64,000 nucleotides of DNA from Ramazzottius varieornatus (Eukaryota > Animalia > Tardigrada). The notes beneath the pieces are model-generated. The model saw only the letters and a list, made by a program, of their open reading frames with translations. It did no database searches and was not told where the DNA came from. Positions 23,801 through 38,400 of this stretch are shown here, in pieces. Made by a program: the position numbers and the translations under genes. The DNA is taken from NCBI GenBank assembly GCA_001949185.1, contig BDGG01000002.1, forward strand, positions 7,430,448 through 7,494,447, written 5' to 3'. Position 1 is the first letter of the stretch. Each line of letters starts with the position of its first letter.

Positions 23801-26533
23801 AAGTTCCAGACTTGCTCCGGTGTATTAAGGAATCCTTCATCGTACAGTTTCTGCAGCTTCGAGATGTACTCCTCGCACACTTCCGCTGTCCACTCTCGGT
23901 CTTGTTTCCGGTTCGAGGCATGCGTAATGCGGAGAGAAATTTCGTCGTGACGATCAAGAAAACTTCGAAACGACTGAGCGTTACAGGCAGTGTTCGGAAG
24001 ACCTGCAATCAAAGAAAGGGATATCTAGCTGGCAAGTAATTGTCAAAGGGGATAATTGTAGTGGCCAATCTTACCGAGTTCAACCGCTAGCTGCGAGAAG
24101 AGCTGGTAGCAGTGATATCGATTTAGAGGAATCCTCATATCACAGCATGCTTTCAGTAGCTCCACTAACTCCGTTTCCATTCGCGGGGAAAACTTCGTTT
24201 GTCCACCCTGATGTCCCGTGTGACGATTCTGGAGGCGATTCCTCAGCGTGCTGCGACTCACACCATATGACTTAGCTGCCGAACGCTGGCTCATTTCCTC
24301 CGTTTTCACCGCTTGGATGGCAGCATCCATGATCTGTTTGCTAACTTCTGCTGCTGTACAAAGCTTAGACTGAGGCATTTTGTGGTAATCCCTTTCGAAA
24401 ATAAACGTAGCAAGCTCGAGAAGCTTGCAAATTTCTTTTATGAAAACTGGCAGTGTTGCATTACCGTACCGCATATTGTTAGCGCGACGGAAATATATCA
24501 CCCAACTGGTTTCAGCGAAGACATGGTGGTGTGCAGCTCATTAACGATCCAGTGACGTACCCTCATAGACCAGAAAACGCGACATGCGCGCCTCTGTCGA
24601 CTGGCTCAAAATTTTTCCCATAGGCTTTTTAACATAGCACCAACCCCTCTTCCTGAAAGACCTCATAGGAGGTCTCCTGCATGCTCCTTTGCTTTCGGAC
24701 TAGTCTGGGTGAAATCGAGACGTTTTCTTCTATCTAACGACTCAATAAACACGCAACAGCAGTCAGTACTTTCCGAGATCCAAGGCGGGCAAGTTCGCCA
24801 TGCGATTTTGCATGGACAAGTTCGCTGGTTTTACCTCGTAGTATATCTTCCTCCTGGCACCACATGCATCTGTTTTCTGTTGTAGGTTTTCGGGCGAGGA
24901 TTCAACCTACCACTCATGGTAAAAGACTTCAGCTTGATGGCCTGGACAGGTGCGAATAGTTTTCGAACTTCGCATTATCCATATGCAGAGGAAGTGATGG
25001 AGTACGCTGACCAGCATGGAGTCGTCGTCATTGATGAAAGTCCCGCGGTTGGTTTACAGTAAGAAGATCTTTAATTATACTTGTGCGGACGCTAATTATG
25101 TATGGCAGAAAACACGTTATTCTTCTGTTAGTGAGTTCCCAAATGAGACACTGAAGCATCACCAACGCGTGATGGAAGAACTGGTAGACCGGGATTACCT
25201 TCATCCCTCCGTCGTTATGTGGTCCGTCGCAAACGAACCAAAGTCTACTGACCGCCAAGCGGAGTACTATTTTAGGTAGGTACAGACGAAGCACTTCGGA
25301 AGCTGTTCGTCGCAGTAAGGTTCTTTACTGATGCTGATTACACCACACAGGACAGTTTTCGATCATGTCCGGAAGCTGGATCCAAGTCGACCCGTTACGT
25401 ACGTGTGTGATACTTCTTATAACTTTTCCGTTAGGTTTGGATTCTTTGTGTCGAGTGAGCGCAGTTCTTTACGTCGAATATATTGTTCTGTCGGCTACCT
25501 TATGGCTGATCCTCGCTTACAGTGTCCATGTGGCAAACTAAGGTTGTTGGTCTGTGCCAACTCTTACTAAAGTTTGATTCTGTCTCTTATAGGTTTGTTA
25601 TTGGGGGAAGTAATGCATCTTTAGACAGAGCTGTAAGCGAAAATGCCCAGAACCGTCGCACGTGTTCTGCCACTTCCGGGTTGGAGATCTGACTTCCCAA
25701 CTGTTTCAGGCTCAGTTCGCGGACATTATTTGCCTCAACCACTACTACGGTTGGTACACGGACACCGGTGTGCTGAACTTGGTCAGTCCACAGTTGATGT
25801 ACGACGTCAAAACATGGCGTGATCGATTCCAGAAACCCGTGATAATGACGGAATACGGAGCAGATACCATCGCTGGTCTTCACACAGTTCGTAGTTTGAA
25901 TATTCCCTGCTTCTTATCCCGTCACATCTCACTCAGGTACCAATGACGTATTTTGATTCCATCTTTCCAGAGTCCGTCTTTCGTTTTCTCGGAAGAGTAT
26001 CAAGTGGAGCTAATGGCCGAGTATTTCACAGCCTTTGACCAGTTACGGGCTGCTGGTATCTTGGCAGGCGAAATGGTGTGGAACTTTGCAGACTTCATGA
26101 CAGACCAACGTAGGACTGACGCTTCTCGATATTTTGTTGGAAATTTATTGCTGTGGTGATGTTTGTTTCGGGATGAAAAACTATATGGAAGCTATGGAAA
26201 CAATTTCGACCCGACCAGTTTTCCCGAGTGGCGCACGCTCCTAACCGATATGACTGAAGAGGTGCGCCGCTTTAGGGAACGATCTGGTCGAGTTCGTTTA
26301 CCGAGCTTCTACTGTATATACAGTCGCTTCTCTCTTCTCTTCTGTATGTTGTAGAAGTAAACCGAGTATGGGGAAACCGGAAAGGCATCTTCACGAGGGA
26401 AAGACAGCCCAAAGCCGGAGCTCATGTTGTTCGACAACGATACCACTCTTTGGCCTCGAGAGACTCGCACAACTCTTCAGAGCTGAGAAACCTAGCACCT
26501 GAACATCTCTACCAAGTAATCTCTGTGGTCTGA
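20826..26533 (+). CDS. GUSB: Beta-glucuronidase (GH2), multi-exon, with a transposon in one intron
   Basis: Signal peptide, [61 protein letters not shown] (acid/base), TEYGAD (nucleophile), [19 protein letters not shown]. Confidence 0.96.
22219..24838 (-). mobile_element. pogo/Fot1-like DNA transposon (HTH_psq + CENPB-type HTH + DDD transposase), defective, inside GUSB intron
   Basis: Perfect 26-bp TIRs CGAGGTAAAACCAGCGAACTTGTCCA (22219-22244 / 24813-24838) flanked by TA; transposase motifs [40 protein letters not shown]; frameshifts near 23280 and 22825. Confidence 0.95.
26226..26272. repeat. N25 palindrome copy 7 (GUSB intron)
   Basis: GAGTGGCGCAC-25nt-GTGCGCCGCTT. Confidence 0.88.
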
Positions 26534-26566
26534 GTTTTGACCAAATACTGTGCAGGGGACGGTTGG

Positions 26567-27234
26567 TTAGCTTGCTTGTGCGGGTTTGATAAATTCGTCG
26601 ATCTTGGTCTGCAGAAGTCTTTCTTGCTCCAGTAGTCTGTTCAGCTCCAGCTTTTTCCTACAGTAGCGCAAGTTGTATGGTTAGAAAAGTCTGGTCTACT
26701 TGTCGAACTTCTTACCACACTTACGCTTCGTACTCCTGCCTCACATTAGCTATCGCTTTTAGGATTTCTTTTCGGGTTGTGGACTTGCCTTCTTTGACCG
26801 TTTGTAAGAGTTGTCGTCCAGCTAGAACCTGGGAAATATCGTAGAAAATTGGGACCATATCATTATATGGCCAATTCTTTAAAAGGTATTACCAGATCGT
26901 TAAGTACTGTACACGTGTACATACCCCATCTCTAAGGTTCTCGACGTTGGTTGCGTTTTCACGAACGAGATCAATAATATCACCGGACTGTGAGAGAAAG
27001 TTTTTCGTGTCTAAAAACGAAGCTTCGTGAGTTCGGGCTTGAGGCTGGCTATTTGCGTAACAAGACGAAGCTACAGTCGAGCCCCTTACCTTCGAGATAT
27101 GCTTGTGAGTTTTCGAGGATCTTGCTGGAATTCGTAATGACATCAGAGCTGACTATCGCCACTTGAAGATCGTCCCGGATGTGGACGCCGATTCTCCTGG
27201 ACGAAGACTCATCGTTGTCCAGAAACCCATCCAT
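26567..27234 (-). CDS. IFT20: Intraflagellar transport protein 20-like (divergent), 4 exons
   Basis: Spliced coiled-coil protein GVHIRDDLQVAIVSSDVITNS...GDIIDLVRENATNVENLRDGVLAGRQLLQTV...RQEYEA...QTKIDEFIKP, colinear by eye with IFT20 (GLHFDELNKLRVLDPEV...[27 protein letters not shown]...FIDQF). Confidence 0.65.
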
Positions 27235-28173
27235 CCACCACGTGAAGGAACCAGGAAGCAACACTTCGCACTAACAAGAAGCCTTTATATGCAGTGATGG
27301 TGCAAGTCTCGAAAGTCTAATTAACACGGTGGTAATGGTATTCTACGCTGGTGTTCACAGCATGTCGCATTTAATCTTTCACTGGTTTATTCCGTTCCTG
27401 GGCACAATTGAGATCGATATCACGCGAGAAGGTGAACTCTACTTTGTTCGTACTGTACACTGCGGGGGTATACAAGATGTGGAGACAGATGACGCCTACC
27501 GCGCCGGCGCGCGGATCGATATTCATCGGTATATGTATCGAATCCGAGCTAGCAGCCGTGCACCGACGGAAGTAACATGTACCATGATTATAGCATCGAA
27601 AGCAGAAAAGGGAACGAGACACCCTGTTTCACTTCCACATCACACTACTCGAGACCTAAAATATTTGGGTTTGTCCTATGTTTTCCAAAATTCCGAGTGG
27701 ATCTGTAAGAAAATACAAATTTTCCAATGTGACCGACAAATTTTCCAATGTGTTAAGATACCGTTGTCTTACCTTCACCAAACGACGACCAGAAAGCCAG
27801 CGTACGCATGACCCTTTCTCAACACGGCAGCTTTCAGACTGCGGAACAGCTGGGCGTTAATCTGCTGTCTGTGAGTCTGCGAAGAGACTATCTAGCTCTT
27901 CACAATATGTACTTAAGATCAAACAAGCGCTATCATGGAGGATCAACAAGCGGACGATCTCGTTAAGTGCCTTTACGGATAGATGAATCGGTCATATCTC
28001 TTTGCCTGCTCTGTGGAATATTTACGGGTTAATCGCGTATGAGATGAACTTGCATGTGTCAGCGTTAGGCGAAAAGGACCGTGCTCGTGCCAAAGTCAAG
28101 AAAAGAACCCTACAGAAGTACACCGAATGGGCAAAAGGGCAGGTTACAGGTCTAATAGAGGCTATCCATCAGA

Positions 28174-29599
28174 TCAATTATCGCCATTGAAACCGTCAAC
28201 GTCAACAACATCACTGTCGTCACTGCAAAGGGATTCCGAGTCTGAATGGCACATCATTTCCGGCCGCCGTTCATTGCTGGACAAAGTTGCTGAGCTGGCC
28301 GCCCGCGCTCTATTCTCACTTGACAATCTGCCCTTAACTGACTGCTGTTTTTTGGTGTCTTCAGCCTCTGTTATTGCCGTGGAGGTATTTGAGGAAATGG
28401 ATGACGAGGCAGAAGATGTTGGCTTAGCAGCGACGTCTTCCATCGACAGTGGCGGCTCGTCTGTTTGATCATCCGGATCATTTTTGAGACGGCGCCATTT
28501 GGCTCTTCTATTCTGAAACCTGCAATCAATCACGCGTTATATAGAGCGATAGATGTCGCTCATTTGCAATTTAAATTTTCATCAAGTCAATATAGCGCGG
28601 CACTATAGCCTCAATACAAGCGACGATGGATATTCAAGACGGTGACGGGTGTCCTTACCAGGTCTTGATCTGACGCTCCGACAGCGTCAAGGTTTTGGCT
28701 AATTTCTTCCGTTCGGCCGGAGTTAGGTACTTTTGAGATTTGAACTTCTTCTCCAGGTCGATGGTTTGGTCGTTGGAAAAGCGAACTTGTCCGCCCTTTC
28801 GTTTGTGTATCGGTCGCGAAGAGTGGAAATAGGGCCCCATACCGTTCATGTGCACATGAGGAAGTGACTTCAAACCTACCAATAACAACCATCGTAATGA
28901 GAATAGTTCACCAATTACCGACCTGGTATTAACGACGCAGTTTCTGATTTCAACCCTTCTTCATTCGAAGATACGGCAGTCATTTTCAACATTGAGCGGT
29001 AACTTTGTGAAATGGTTATCGACCAAGATGTTGTAACGGCCGATATTTGTAACGTCAGTTGTGCTATTCGGTCAACCAGAGCATGCAACTGTAACACGAA
29101 GTAATCGATCAGAATCGGTACTATCTCAAGCAGAGATCCCAAAATTTCAAAGATATTTCCATCTGCCTGGTCACTTTTGGTGGAAAAAATAACTAATCAC
29201 CTTTGCTGGTGGCTGAATTATGGCCACATTGCCATGGCGGGTCTTACCGTAATGAGAAGACGCGGCTGGCTCCATTCGTGCCATGCAACTTTGCATGAAA
29301 CTGCGGACATCTTGGACGGAAGCTGCTGGCAGGTATGGAAAAGGAAGGGAAGGAACCGGGAAGAAGTGTGAAGGAAGTGGTGGGTAGAAGCGGTGACCTT
29401 CCTGCAGATGGGCCAGGTCCATGTGCCGTTGGCTTATTCCATACATGCGCGCATCCGACAAGGAAGTTGGCGACACGAAACTGGGCGGCGAATATGTACT
29501 GGAAATTTTCGGAGGTGGCGAACCTTTCTCGGAAGGTTTGCGTAGGAGATTGTCAATGAGGAAGGACGGCGCTTTGCGACATCCTTCGGAAAACGCCAT
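28174..29599 (-). CDS. HHEX: Hematopoietically-expressed homeobox (Hhex/PRH)
   Basis: eh1-like SFLIDNLL; homeodomain HKRKGGQVRFSNDQTIDLEKKFKSQKYLTPAERKKLAKTLTLSERQIKTW|FQNRRAKWRRLK. Confidence 0.96.
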
Positions 29600-32500
29600 G
29601 TTCGGAAAATATCCGGATTAAAAATTATCAAAAGTGTCGAAGAATGGCCCAAACAACTTTGGATTAAGCAGAGTTTATATATCAAGAAGTGTCCAGATTC
29701 AGTCATGAAAGGAGAGAGATCTTTTACAGCACAAAGTACATCAAGGGGAAATTTTAAAGATTTCTAAACAATGTAAAGGCTGTAAAAGGGGGCAAATGTT
29801 TGAGGAGTGAAGAGCCCGGCTGAAGGGAGCTCAACAGGTGCCAGAAGAGCGGCCACTTGAGACGATATTATTCATGCTGAAGACTTAGCGGGATCAACCG
29901 CAACTGAGAATGATATCACTATACAGCGCAGGTATACAGCCTATTATACCTGGCAGCGTATCCTTTGACGAGTCAATTTCATGTAGCGCTACAAGTATAA
30001 TCATGGCTGTCCATAAGGTGAAGTTTACTCAGCGAAACGCTATACCTCTCAGAAATGTAATGACTTTTCAATAGAGGAGGAGTGGTAATCCTAATGGAGT
30101 ATTGTGCCCCTTAATAGTTCGTGCAGATCATGACAACCACTGGTCATTTGATCAGCGATGATTGTACGTGATCGACGATTGCTTACTCCCCACCTCTCGG
30201 CGCCGTACACTTCGTCACCTGGCTTGCATCCATGTACCTTCGTCGTCGATACACGAAAAACGCACCCGCCTGACGCCTGTACTCCACTTATACCTATACT
30301 TCAGGCTACCTGTACGCTCGTACCGATGAGTGCAACCCAGCGAACCCCGAAGAACGCGTGTACAAAGTCGTCAGCGGTTGCCGCCGGAAGTCTTCCGGGT
30401 CCTTCGAAGGTTCCATCTTGAGTTTCTCGCTGAACACAGTGAATCTAACTGAAGCGTGGAACCACAGGAGCGAGCTATCGATCTTACAAATTTCTCAAAC
30501 CCATCCGAAGTACTGGAATCATTTGACTTTTATATTATCGGGCCAGTCTGAGCGCGTCACTCGACCCGGGTTGTGGAGCACAGCACTAGCTGCGCAGTGC
30601 GAACGGGGTGAAAGGTCCCGAACTGTTTTCTTCGGAACTTTCTCTGAGGTTGTCGGTTGGTTTTGACGCGTCTACAGTTTGTCTTGCTCAAAAATTCAGT
30701 TGTTTGAGTCAAAGTATAGTTGGGAGCGGTACAGTATGGACGTATTCGGCAGATGACAATAGTGCGTATATAGTAAGCACTAGAAGCTCATTGGACTAAA
30801 AGTTTGATCAAATATTGACTCGGAGGTCAGAAGCGCGATAGAGGCAAGCTCTACGTGACTGCTGAATGACAAAGCTTCATACCACAAATAAATGTAAGAT
30901 TTGTGAAGAACATACATATCACTGAGTGCTCCATATCAAGATTAATTAAGCCCTCCATTTGAGAACTTTTAAGCCGAAACCAGATGCAGATGCATTGTCC
31001 GGACATGCATGCAAGTTCCCTCTTACGGAATCTCAGGCGGATTGCTCCACCGCTTGACCGTATCAACACTTTAAAATAGCCCCTTTTCAGACCTATTATC
31101 TCGCCTGATATCGATGCCGACGGCTTTGTCATTCAACAGCGAAAGTGACACCGCTTACTAAAGTATATTTTAGAATATAACACCCATTTTGGTGAGAATT
31201 GGTGGCAAACTACTGGTTTCATTCGAGCCTTTCAAAAGCCTATTGCGGCGAATGTTGTAAATAGTGGCTTCACAATTTCACAACGACTTCCTTGTGCACT
31301 TAACAGCCAAGCTTTGCCTTTAGTTTCCTTATTGAGTTCTTTTAAATGCGAAAAAGCTTCTGAGACCTTTTGAGCTTCGTTGCATGATCAAAGGAACTAT
31401 GGCAATGAAACCTGAAATGGACCAGATCGTTCTGTCAAGTGACGCACGTCTACATTATAATGCCCACCCACGTCCAACATGATCATTTTTTCACCCAGTA
31501 TTGTTTTGCAGGGATCGATTGGAATGAACCGATGCAGAGTGTGATAACCTGTAATCGGCGCACTATATACGAGATATTCAAAGTAGACAATGGTGATTAC
31601 AGAGTATTAACAACCGATTGCCTCTTCATTTCATTGTTTATCTTCGCATGCTGATAATCGGCGAAGCTTTTAAACGTGATTACCGACAAGGGTTCGACAC
31701 CATACCACTGACCGAAGATGGAGGCAAGCAAATAACAATTGTTGTTCTTTCCCCGAGGATAACGCCGATAAACGCCCAAAAATAATATATCCAAAAACGG
31801 GTCTTCGGCAACTGCAAACCACATTTCCATGCGAGTAAACTACTCAGGAATGTGGCCAGATATGAAAAGATGACATCAACTTTGCATACATTATTTTACC
31901 GCGAAGCGTCTGGCTTCTCCCAATAGAACCCCGAAACCATCCACCTAAAAATGTTTAATTTCAATTAATATCAAAAAGCCCGCGAACGTTTTTCTGTTTT
32001 TGGTGTAAAAATTCCCACACGAAAGAAAAAAAGCATTTAATTTTAGTTACTGGGTCGAAATCCAAGGGACCAAGGCACATATACTATACGTAACATGTAC
32101 GTACTGTCTATGAACCAGGAAGGGATCTATGACACGGACGTCTCATCACCTGCTCCTTTTTCGTTTACATGGTCATTTACACACATATGGGCGCCTCTTC
32201 CATCAGAGCTACAAATCCTGCTCACGGGAGCAGCCATGACACATCTGTTCGTCTGTCAACACGGAAACCCAAGACTTCAAGCAAAGCTTTTATCCTATAG
32301 CTTTTGCCGATTTTCGTAACAGAAAACAAAGTACAGTATATCGTCAGCGAACCGGGAGAACGTTATTCAGGCCGATATCTTGACACGACGGCGGCTTCTT
32401 CTATATACTGATATCAGCAAGTCTGATAGGGTTATACTTCATTTGACCGCAAGCTCTTCATTTCGCCTGTCTTGGGATAAAACAAGGCCGCGCCGCCGTC

Positions 32501-33353
32501 TTGTCGACTGTGTGTGTATCTACAGCTTGACCTTACGGGTAACCCAGACAAACACCTTGCGCCCCATTGCATATTCATCGCTCCGATTTTAGACTTTATC
32601 CCTGGAGGATACAGTAATGCGTTTACCTACAAGGATATAAAGTGGGTTGGGAAGGGAAAAGTCACAGACATGTCGAAGAGATAGCCTTGATGGAGAAGAA
32701 GGATTAAGTGATACGAGTGGCGCCACAAGTTGAGACGCTTCTTACGCATCAAGTTTGTGTGGCCACTTGGCGCGAGTGATCGATGGCCAATTGACTGTTA
32801 ATCCTCAGAAGATGAGCTCCACGAAGGAGGATATACAAACAAGGCAACCCTATCGAAAAAAGCAGCTAGGCTAATCAATATAGGTTGATCAAATTGTGGC
32901 AACGTTGACTTATTACCCAGTCACACTGGCTACCGTTCGACGGTCCGTCCATGACAGACAGTCTGAAGATGGTTCCCTCCTCGACGGTAAGTCGCCGCTA
33001 CAAGCACGTCATTAAGCTACTAAACCAACATCATCCAAGGATGATTTATTGCACCGTAAGACCCTATTCATTCAGCCAAATATTTGTTCTACCTCAAGGA
33101 AGACGACGTCGTTGTATCTTGTCACTGCCATCCAAAGCTAGACAGACTTTCGTACACCTGCATACATCGACCCACGATCACACCACGTTACACGAGTATG
33201 CAGGATGCGATCTCATCCGCCAGTCTTATGCCTTGGTTTCACTGCTGAGCGCATCCAAGAGAACATAAATTTTCAACAGGGCAAAGTAAAATGATCAAAC
33301 TAGAACCTTTTTGGTACACAGAAAAACTGAAGAGAAACTATCACAGTGAAAGG

Positions 33354-34547
33354 TCATTGGTATGGCATCCAGTTGCTGCCATCTTCTGGCATAAGGTGTC
33401 CGGTAATCAATAAAATAACATCAACGAACCACCAAACTCCGAAACCACCTATCGATATGAGTTTGACGGTAGCAAGGCAAGTGTGGCCCAAACAGAAACG
33501 GTCCAGACCAAGGAACCCCATCAGGATGGAGAACAGTAAGGTCGACAGGAAGTAGTGGCCGGTGAACCTACGACACGTCCCACTTGAGACCTTCCAGTCC
33601 CCAGTATCACAGCCAAAATCCTCAGAACCTCAAGCACCCAACACACTTCACACCACAACCAAAGCCACAGCAAAATTGCAGCGAACTCACTTCAAGCAGG
33701 GGAATCCACTTCGGAGGAACCTCCTCTCGCCATAGCATTCGATCCCCGGTAGAACTGTGCAAAAGACCGACGTGCTCTGCACATCTTCGAACTTTTGTCC
33801 TCCGTACTGCAAAAAACAGCGCAAATGTAGCAACCAACAACATACTTCCGCCTTGAGGAGCCGAATTAACCAGCTAACGATTGGAATACCCTGTGGCATC
33901 CATATCCAAGAACATTAAAGGCCGTCCTGTTTCCTTGAAGATCTATCGGCTGCTCGCACTCGAGGAAGTCCAGTGGTCTGCGAAACACGTACGCAAGATC
34001 ATTCCGCTTCATCTCATCGAGAAGCCCGAAATACTGTGATACATGACTAACTGAATGATATCTCTTACAGGAAGTCGCAGCGAACCCGCGGACTACGAGG
34101 CTCGTAATACTCTTCGTCATCCGGAACCTCTTTGTCTGAAAAGTACTGCCTTTCGACCCATAGGGCGATCAAGCTTCTTCCAACAGGACCCATATCAGAA
34201 TGGGGCACGGACGACACGTGTATCCCTGGAGCGCCTGGGTTGATGGATGCCCCATGGTCGTCGACAAGCTGCCATCGTCCGTCATTCTTTGCCCTAATTC
34301 GGGGTCCGTCGCTGCCTGCAATCTTCTCCGATGTACCAAGCTCCTTCTTCTTCCCACTGGACTTGGTTTCGGGCTTGTCCTGATCACTGTGATCGGTGTT
34401 CGGATGTGAGGAAGCCTCGGTGGGACAGAGCATGCCATCCGGACATGGTTTCGTCCTGGACAGCTTACTGGATAGGCTGGCATCCGAACTGGCTTCCGTA
34501 TTATGCAGTAACAGCACCAAGAGGACTGATACGACGGTAAATTGCAT
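33354..34547 (-). CDS. TM2D2: TM2 domain-containing protein 2
   Basis: Signal peptide, [44 protein letters not shown]|[55 protein letters not shown]. Confidence 0.92.
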
Positions 34548-35472
34548 CCCGGGGAAGTACCTTCTTAACGTGGCTTTCTTTGTCGTCCGCAAGATTTTCG
34601 CTTGTACCGTATATAGCCTTGATCACATTAGAGACGATGCATTCATCTCATTATAATTAAGAAGTTATTTCACGGACCGCACAGAGACCATCTGCCAGTA
34701 GCTCCGACAGGATTCCAGACCAGCACTGGTGTTGTTCTACATAACCCAAACGGAAACATCAGAGCGTCAACAACTTCAAGTTTAGCGAGCCAATACAGCT
34801 GTGAACAGAGTTCGGCCTCTTACCACTGTCACCTCCGGACGTTGGGCGCCCTCGGATCTTTGCGACCCCGACGAAATAGACTTGTGGGTCGAGACTCCTT
34901 GCTGTTCCCGCTTAGCGATAGTACAACAGAAAACTGGGGAGACTGGATAGAAAGATACGAACTTAGGAGCAGGAAGTCAAAATACGTAATAATTATTCCA
35001 GTGAGGAAAGTCATCGGTCATTGACTGGTGCAGTTCGGGAGCACTACAGAGCAATGCAGAATACCGTATTACATGAACGCTGTCCGTTGGTAGAGCAAAC
35101 GACTGATTAGCTGATTAGCGTCATCAGCCTCTGGATTTCGTTGAAGGTTTGGCACGCCACACGCTGTTTGCGTGGTCAAAGCTGATCATTCCAGCCTGTT
35201 TGTTGACGTTTTGCGTTGTGTGTTTTCCACTTTCCAATTCTTTCCTGTCGCTCCTGCAGCTTCTCCGCGGTTTCTCGCTTCTTTGTTTGTCTGGGATATG
35301 ATCAAGAGTGTGGAAGATCCGTTGAACTACCTGTTGAACTGCTGGGTCGGCCATGAGTAACAGGTACCGAAAGGGTGATCTGCACGAGACTTCAATCGGA
35401 TTGTTGGCGAGAGAATCTTCCTCGAGATGAATTGCTGAGCAGCCACGACCATATTCATAGTTGCCATACGGA

Positions 35473-38400
35473 ATGGCTGTTCGTCTTGCGGATGCGGATC
35501 TGCGGACGGCGTTGCAGCAGCAAGTCTTCAGCGCAGACAAGGAGCGTCTTATCATCTACATTCCTGTGATACAGGCTGAAGACCGGAAGCGCAGTGTTCG
35601 CTACTTATGCTTGGTCGTCCGACTTGACCATGCCTACATCTACGTCGTCAAACAGGACAAGAAGACGTTTCGAAAGAAGTCGGGAGAAGGGTGGCAACTG
35701 GCGTCATGCATCCAAGTCAACGGAAAGTGTCCTCCTGGCGTCAAAGGCACGCCTGTCCTGGAGTTTGACTTGCTGTTCCAAAATCAAAAGAGCAAGTCGG
35801 AATGGATCGCCACATCAACCGTCGACAAGAATGCCTTCTTCATCCAGATGTTCAAGATGCACAGAAAGTACACGGACCTACCACCCTTGAAGTTTGTGAA
35901 TTTAGATGAAGCACTGGAGGATGAGCTGGCGCGCGCTGAGTTGGAGATGTCCGAAGGGAAGGAGCGAGTTGGACCTGGCATGGGCAGTCATATCAACATT
36001 CCGGATCGGGAAGAGACCCTGAAGCTGTCGCAGAAAGAACAAGAAGAGTTCGAACACGTATTTAGACTCAGTCGGGAATATGATTATAGTGGAGCAGCGC
36101 TGATCAAAGCTCTGACCGAGGACATGAGCCAGATGGAGTCCGCCAACGTGCATGATTTGATGAACACCCATAACGATATCGAGAATATCTGCAGAATGAT
36201 CGACCAGTCTTTGGAAGATCTAAACAAAATGGACAGTAAAATATGTATGTATTTTATCCATTTTGTCTTCTCGATATGATGGTATAAATATTATCATTTG
36301 GCGTTATTTACAGCGAAATATTCCGGATTGGTGGGAGACGTTACGGATCAAGTGTCGATCATGGAAGAGACTGGGCATAAGATGAAGATTCAGAACAAGA
36401 ACATCAAGAAGCTAATCCTGGACATTTCCCTCGTTTTAGATACGCTGGAGTACAGCAACACGTACCGTCGAGCGTTGATGGACGGCAATTTGATGGACCC
36501 CGCAAAGCTCCCGGAAATCATGGACGCGGCGAACAACCTTACGAAGACACTGAAAGCCACCCTTCCTGTTGGCTTCGACTATCATCCAGCTGTCATCAAG
36601 CAGAAGAGGACTCTGGAGAACCTGAAGAAGACCTTCGGAAACCGCGCCACTGGACACTTGGGTAAGTTGTGCGCTTTGATCGCCGCTTTCAACCCCCTGC
36701 ATACGCCTGTACCAGGAATGTTCACTGTCGACTGTACGCAGCTGTCTGATATTGATAGAATGGGCACATTCTGTTATCTTAGTACCGTCCATAGACTTGC
36801 ATCCACCTGCATACAGTGAACCGAACGAACTTTACAGTATCCGGCATCTGTGTATACAGGTGAATGATGGTGGCAGATATTTACTGGATTCTTCCAACTG
36901 CTTGTATTTTGATTTGTCGTATTTTGCTCTCAGGCAACATCTTCATAGCAGCCAGTAATCGACAGCCGGAACGTCGTGAAGATCCGATGCTGCCTTCCCA
37001 CAGCAAATGGTACCACAGCGTGCAGACATTCTCGCCGGTGGTCCTCTGGTTGAAGAACAGCGTCCAAGAACCCCCCATGTACCAGAACCTTCTCCAGATC
37101 TACACTGAAGAGCTCGGCGAACTCTACAAGAAAGAACAAACCGAATTCTTTGACAAGGTCAAGTTTCGCATCAACTGGGCAGCTGAAGCAGCAGCCAGCA
37201 AAGCGAACGCCGAATACTGGCTGGGTGGAGACGAAGAACAGCCGCTGTCTCTTCAAGACTTCCAAGACTACAAAGCTCAACTAGAACCAGTTCGGGTGGC
37301 TTTCCAGCAAGTGGCTAAATCTGTCATCGAAGAACAGAACTTCCTCGTCAGTTTCTTCCATGTGACGCCTGACAGTGACATGGTCAGTTCGGCGAGTGGC
37401 TTGAGTTTGTCGGACGGGCGAAGCTTGGTTGTTCCGTCGACTACCAGTGCGATAGGCAAGTCCAGCAATCTACTTCTTGGCGCGGCTGGTAGTAGAGTGG
37501 ACGTGAGTGGTGTCTCGTTGAGGACCTTGTTGAAGCAGTTGTTCAAGGGGATCGATGAAATGTTGGGCAATGTCCTGTCGGCGGTCGACAAGGCGAATAA
37601 GCTGAACTGCTTCGGCTTGATGGTGATCGTCAATGAGATTTACGTCGAAGTGGAACCGCTGTGTCCGTATTTGAGCAAGTGTTTCGGCGGGCTGCAGGTG
37701 CTGGCCAAGAGGAACTTCGATAACTACATCAGGGAACAAGTCCAGTCGATATTGAATGCAAAAATACCGAAGCGGGTGCGCTTTGGTCCGCTGCCGTTTG
37801 TGTGCAACTTCGAACATTTGGCCAAGCTAGCTGAGTTCGTGTACGCCGGATCGCAACGAAGGTAATAAAGCATGGCATAATCCCAGAACTGGTCCATAGT
37901 TCGAATACCACAATAACAATCATAAGACATCAGTTTTAAACTATCAAGATTCAATAGCCGACAAATGCGGAAATGCCCATGAAAAGGCCGGCAAACGAAG
38001 CGTAAAAGATCGTTATTTTAAGTGGCGCACGTTTTCATTGTTATGCTCCGTGAGCCTGCGCCACTTGAAACTGCAAAGCTGTGCGTTTCGATTGCCGGCC
38101 TTCAGATGAACAAACCGGTTAAGAACGAGTGAGAGCCAGCTGGATCCATATAACGATTTGGTGCTTCAGGATTGAGCTGGATCGTGCCTACAAGATTCTG
38201 CTCGAAGAGGGAATCTTCGAAGGAATCAACCGTACAGCGAACCACAAAGACTGCAAAGTTCCGGCCCAAGTCGTATTCCTCGAGAACTATCACCGACTAT
38301 CCGACATCCTCAGCCGTCTCAAGATCGCCTCTCTCGAAGACAGCAAAACGGAAGTACGCAAAGCTCACAACAACTACCGCCTCAGTTATGTCCAAGGAAT

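Noticed and set aside
32715-32768. GAGTGGCGCCAC...GTGTGGCCACTT hairpin as another N25 copy
   Set aside because: Arms only partly match, spacing differs, and the spacer and flanks lack the family consensus
29600-33350. Short ORFs upstream of HHEX
   Set aside because: No recognisable motifs or consistent splice structure; best explained as the regulatory region of a developmental transcription factor
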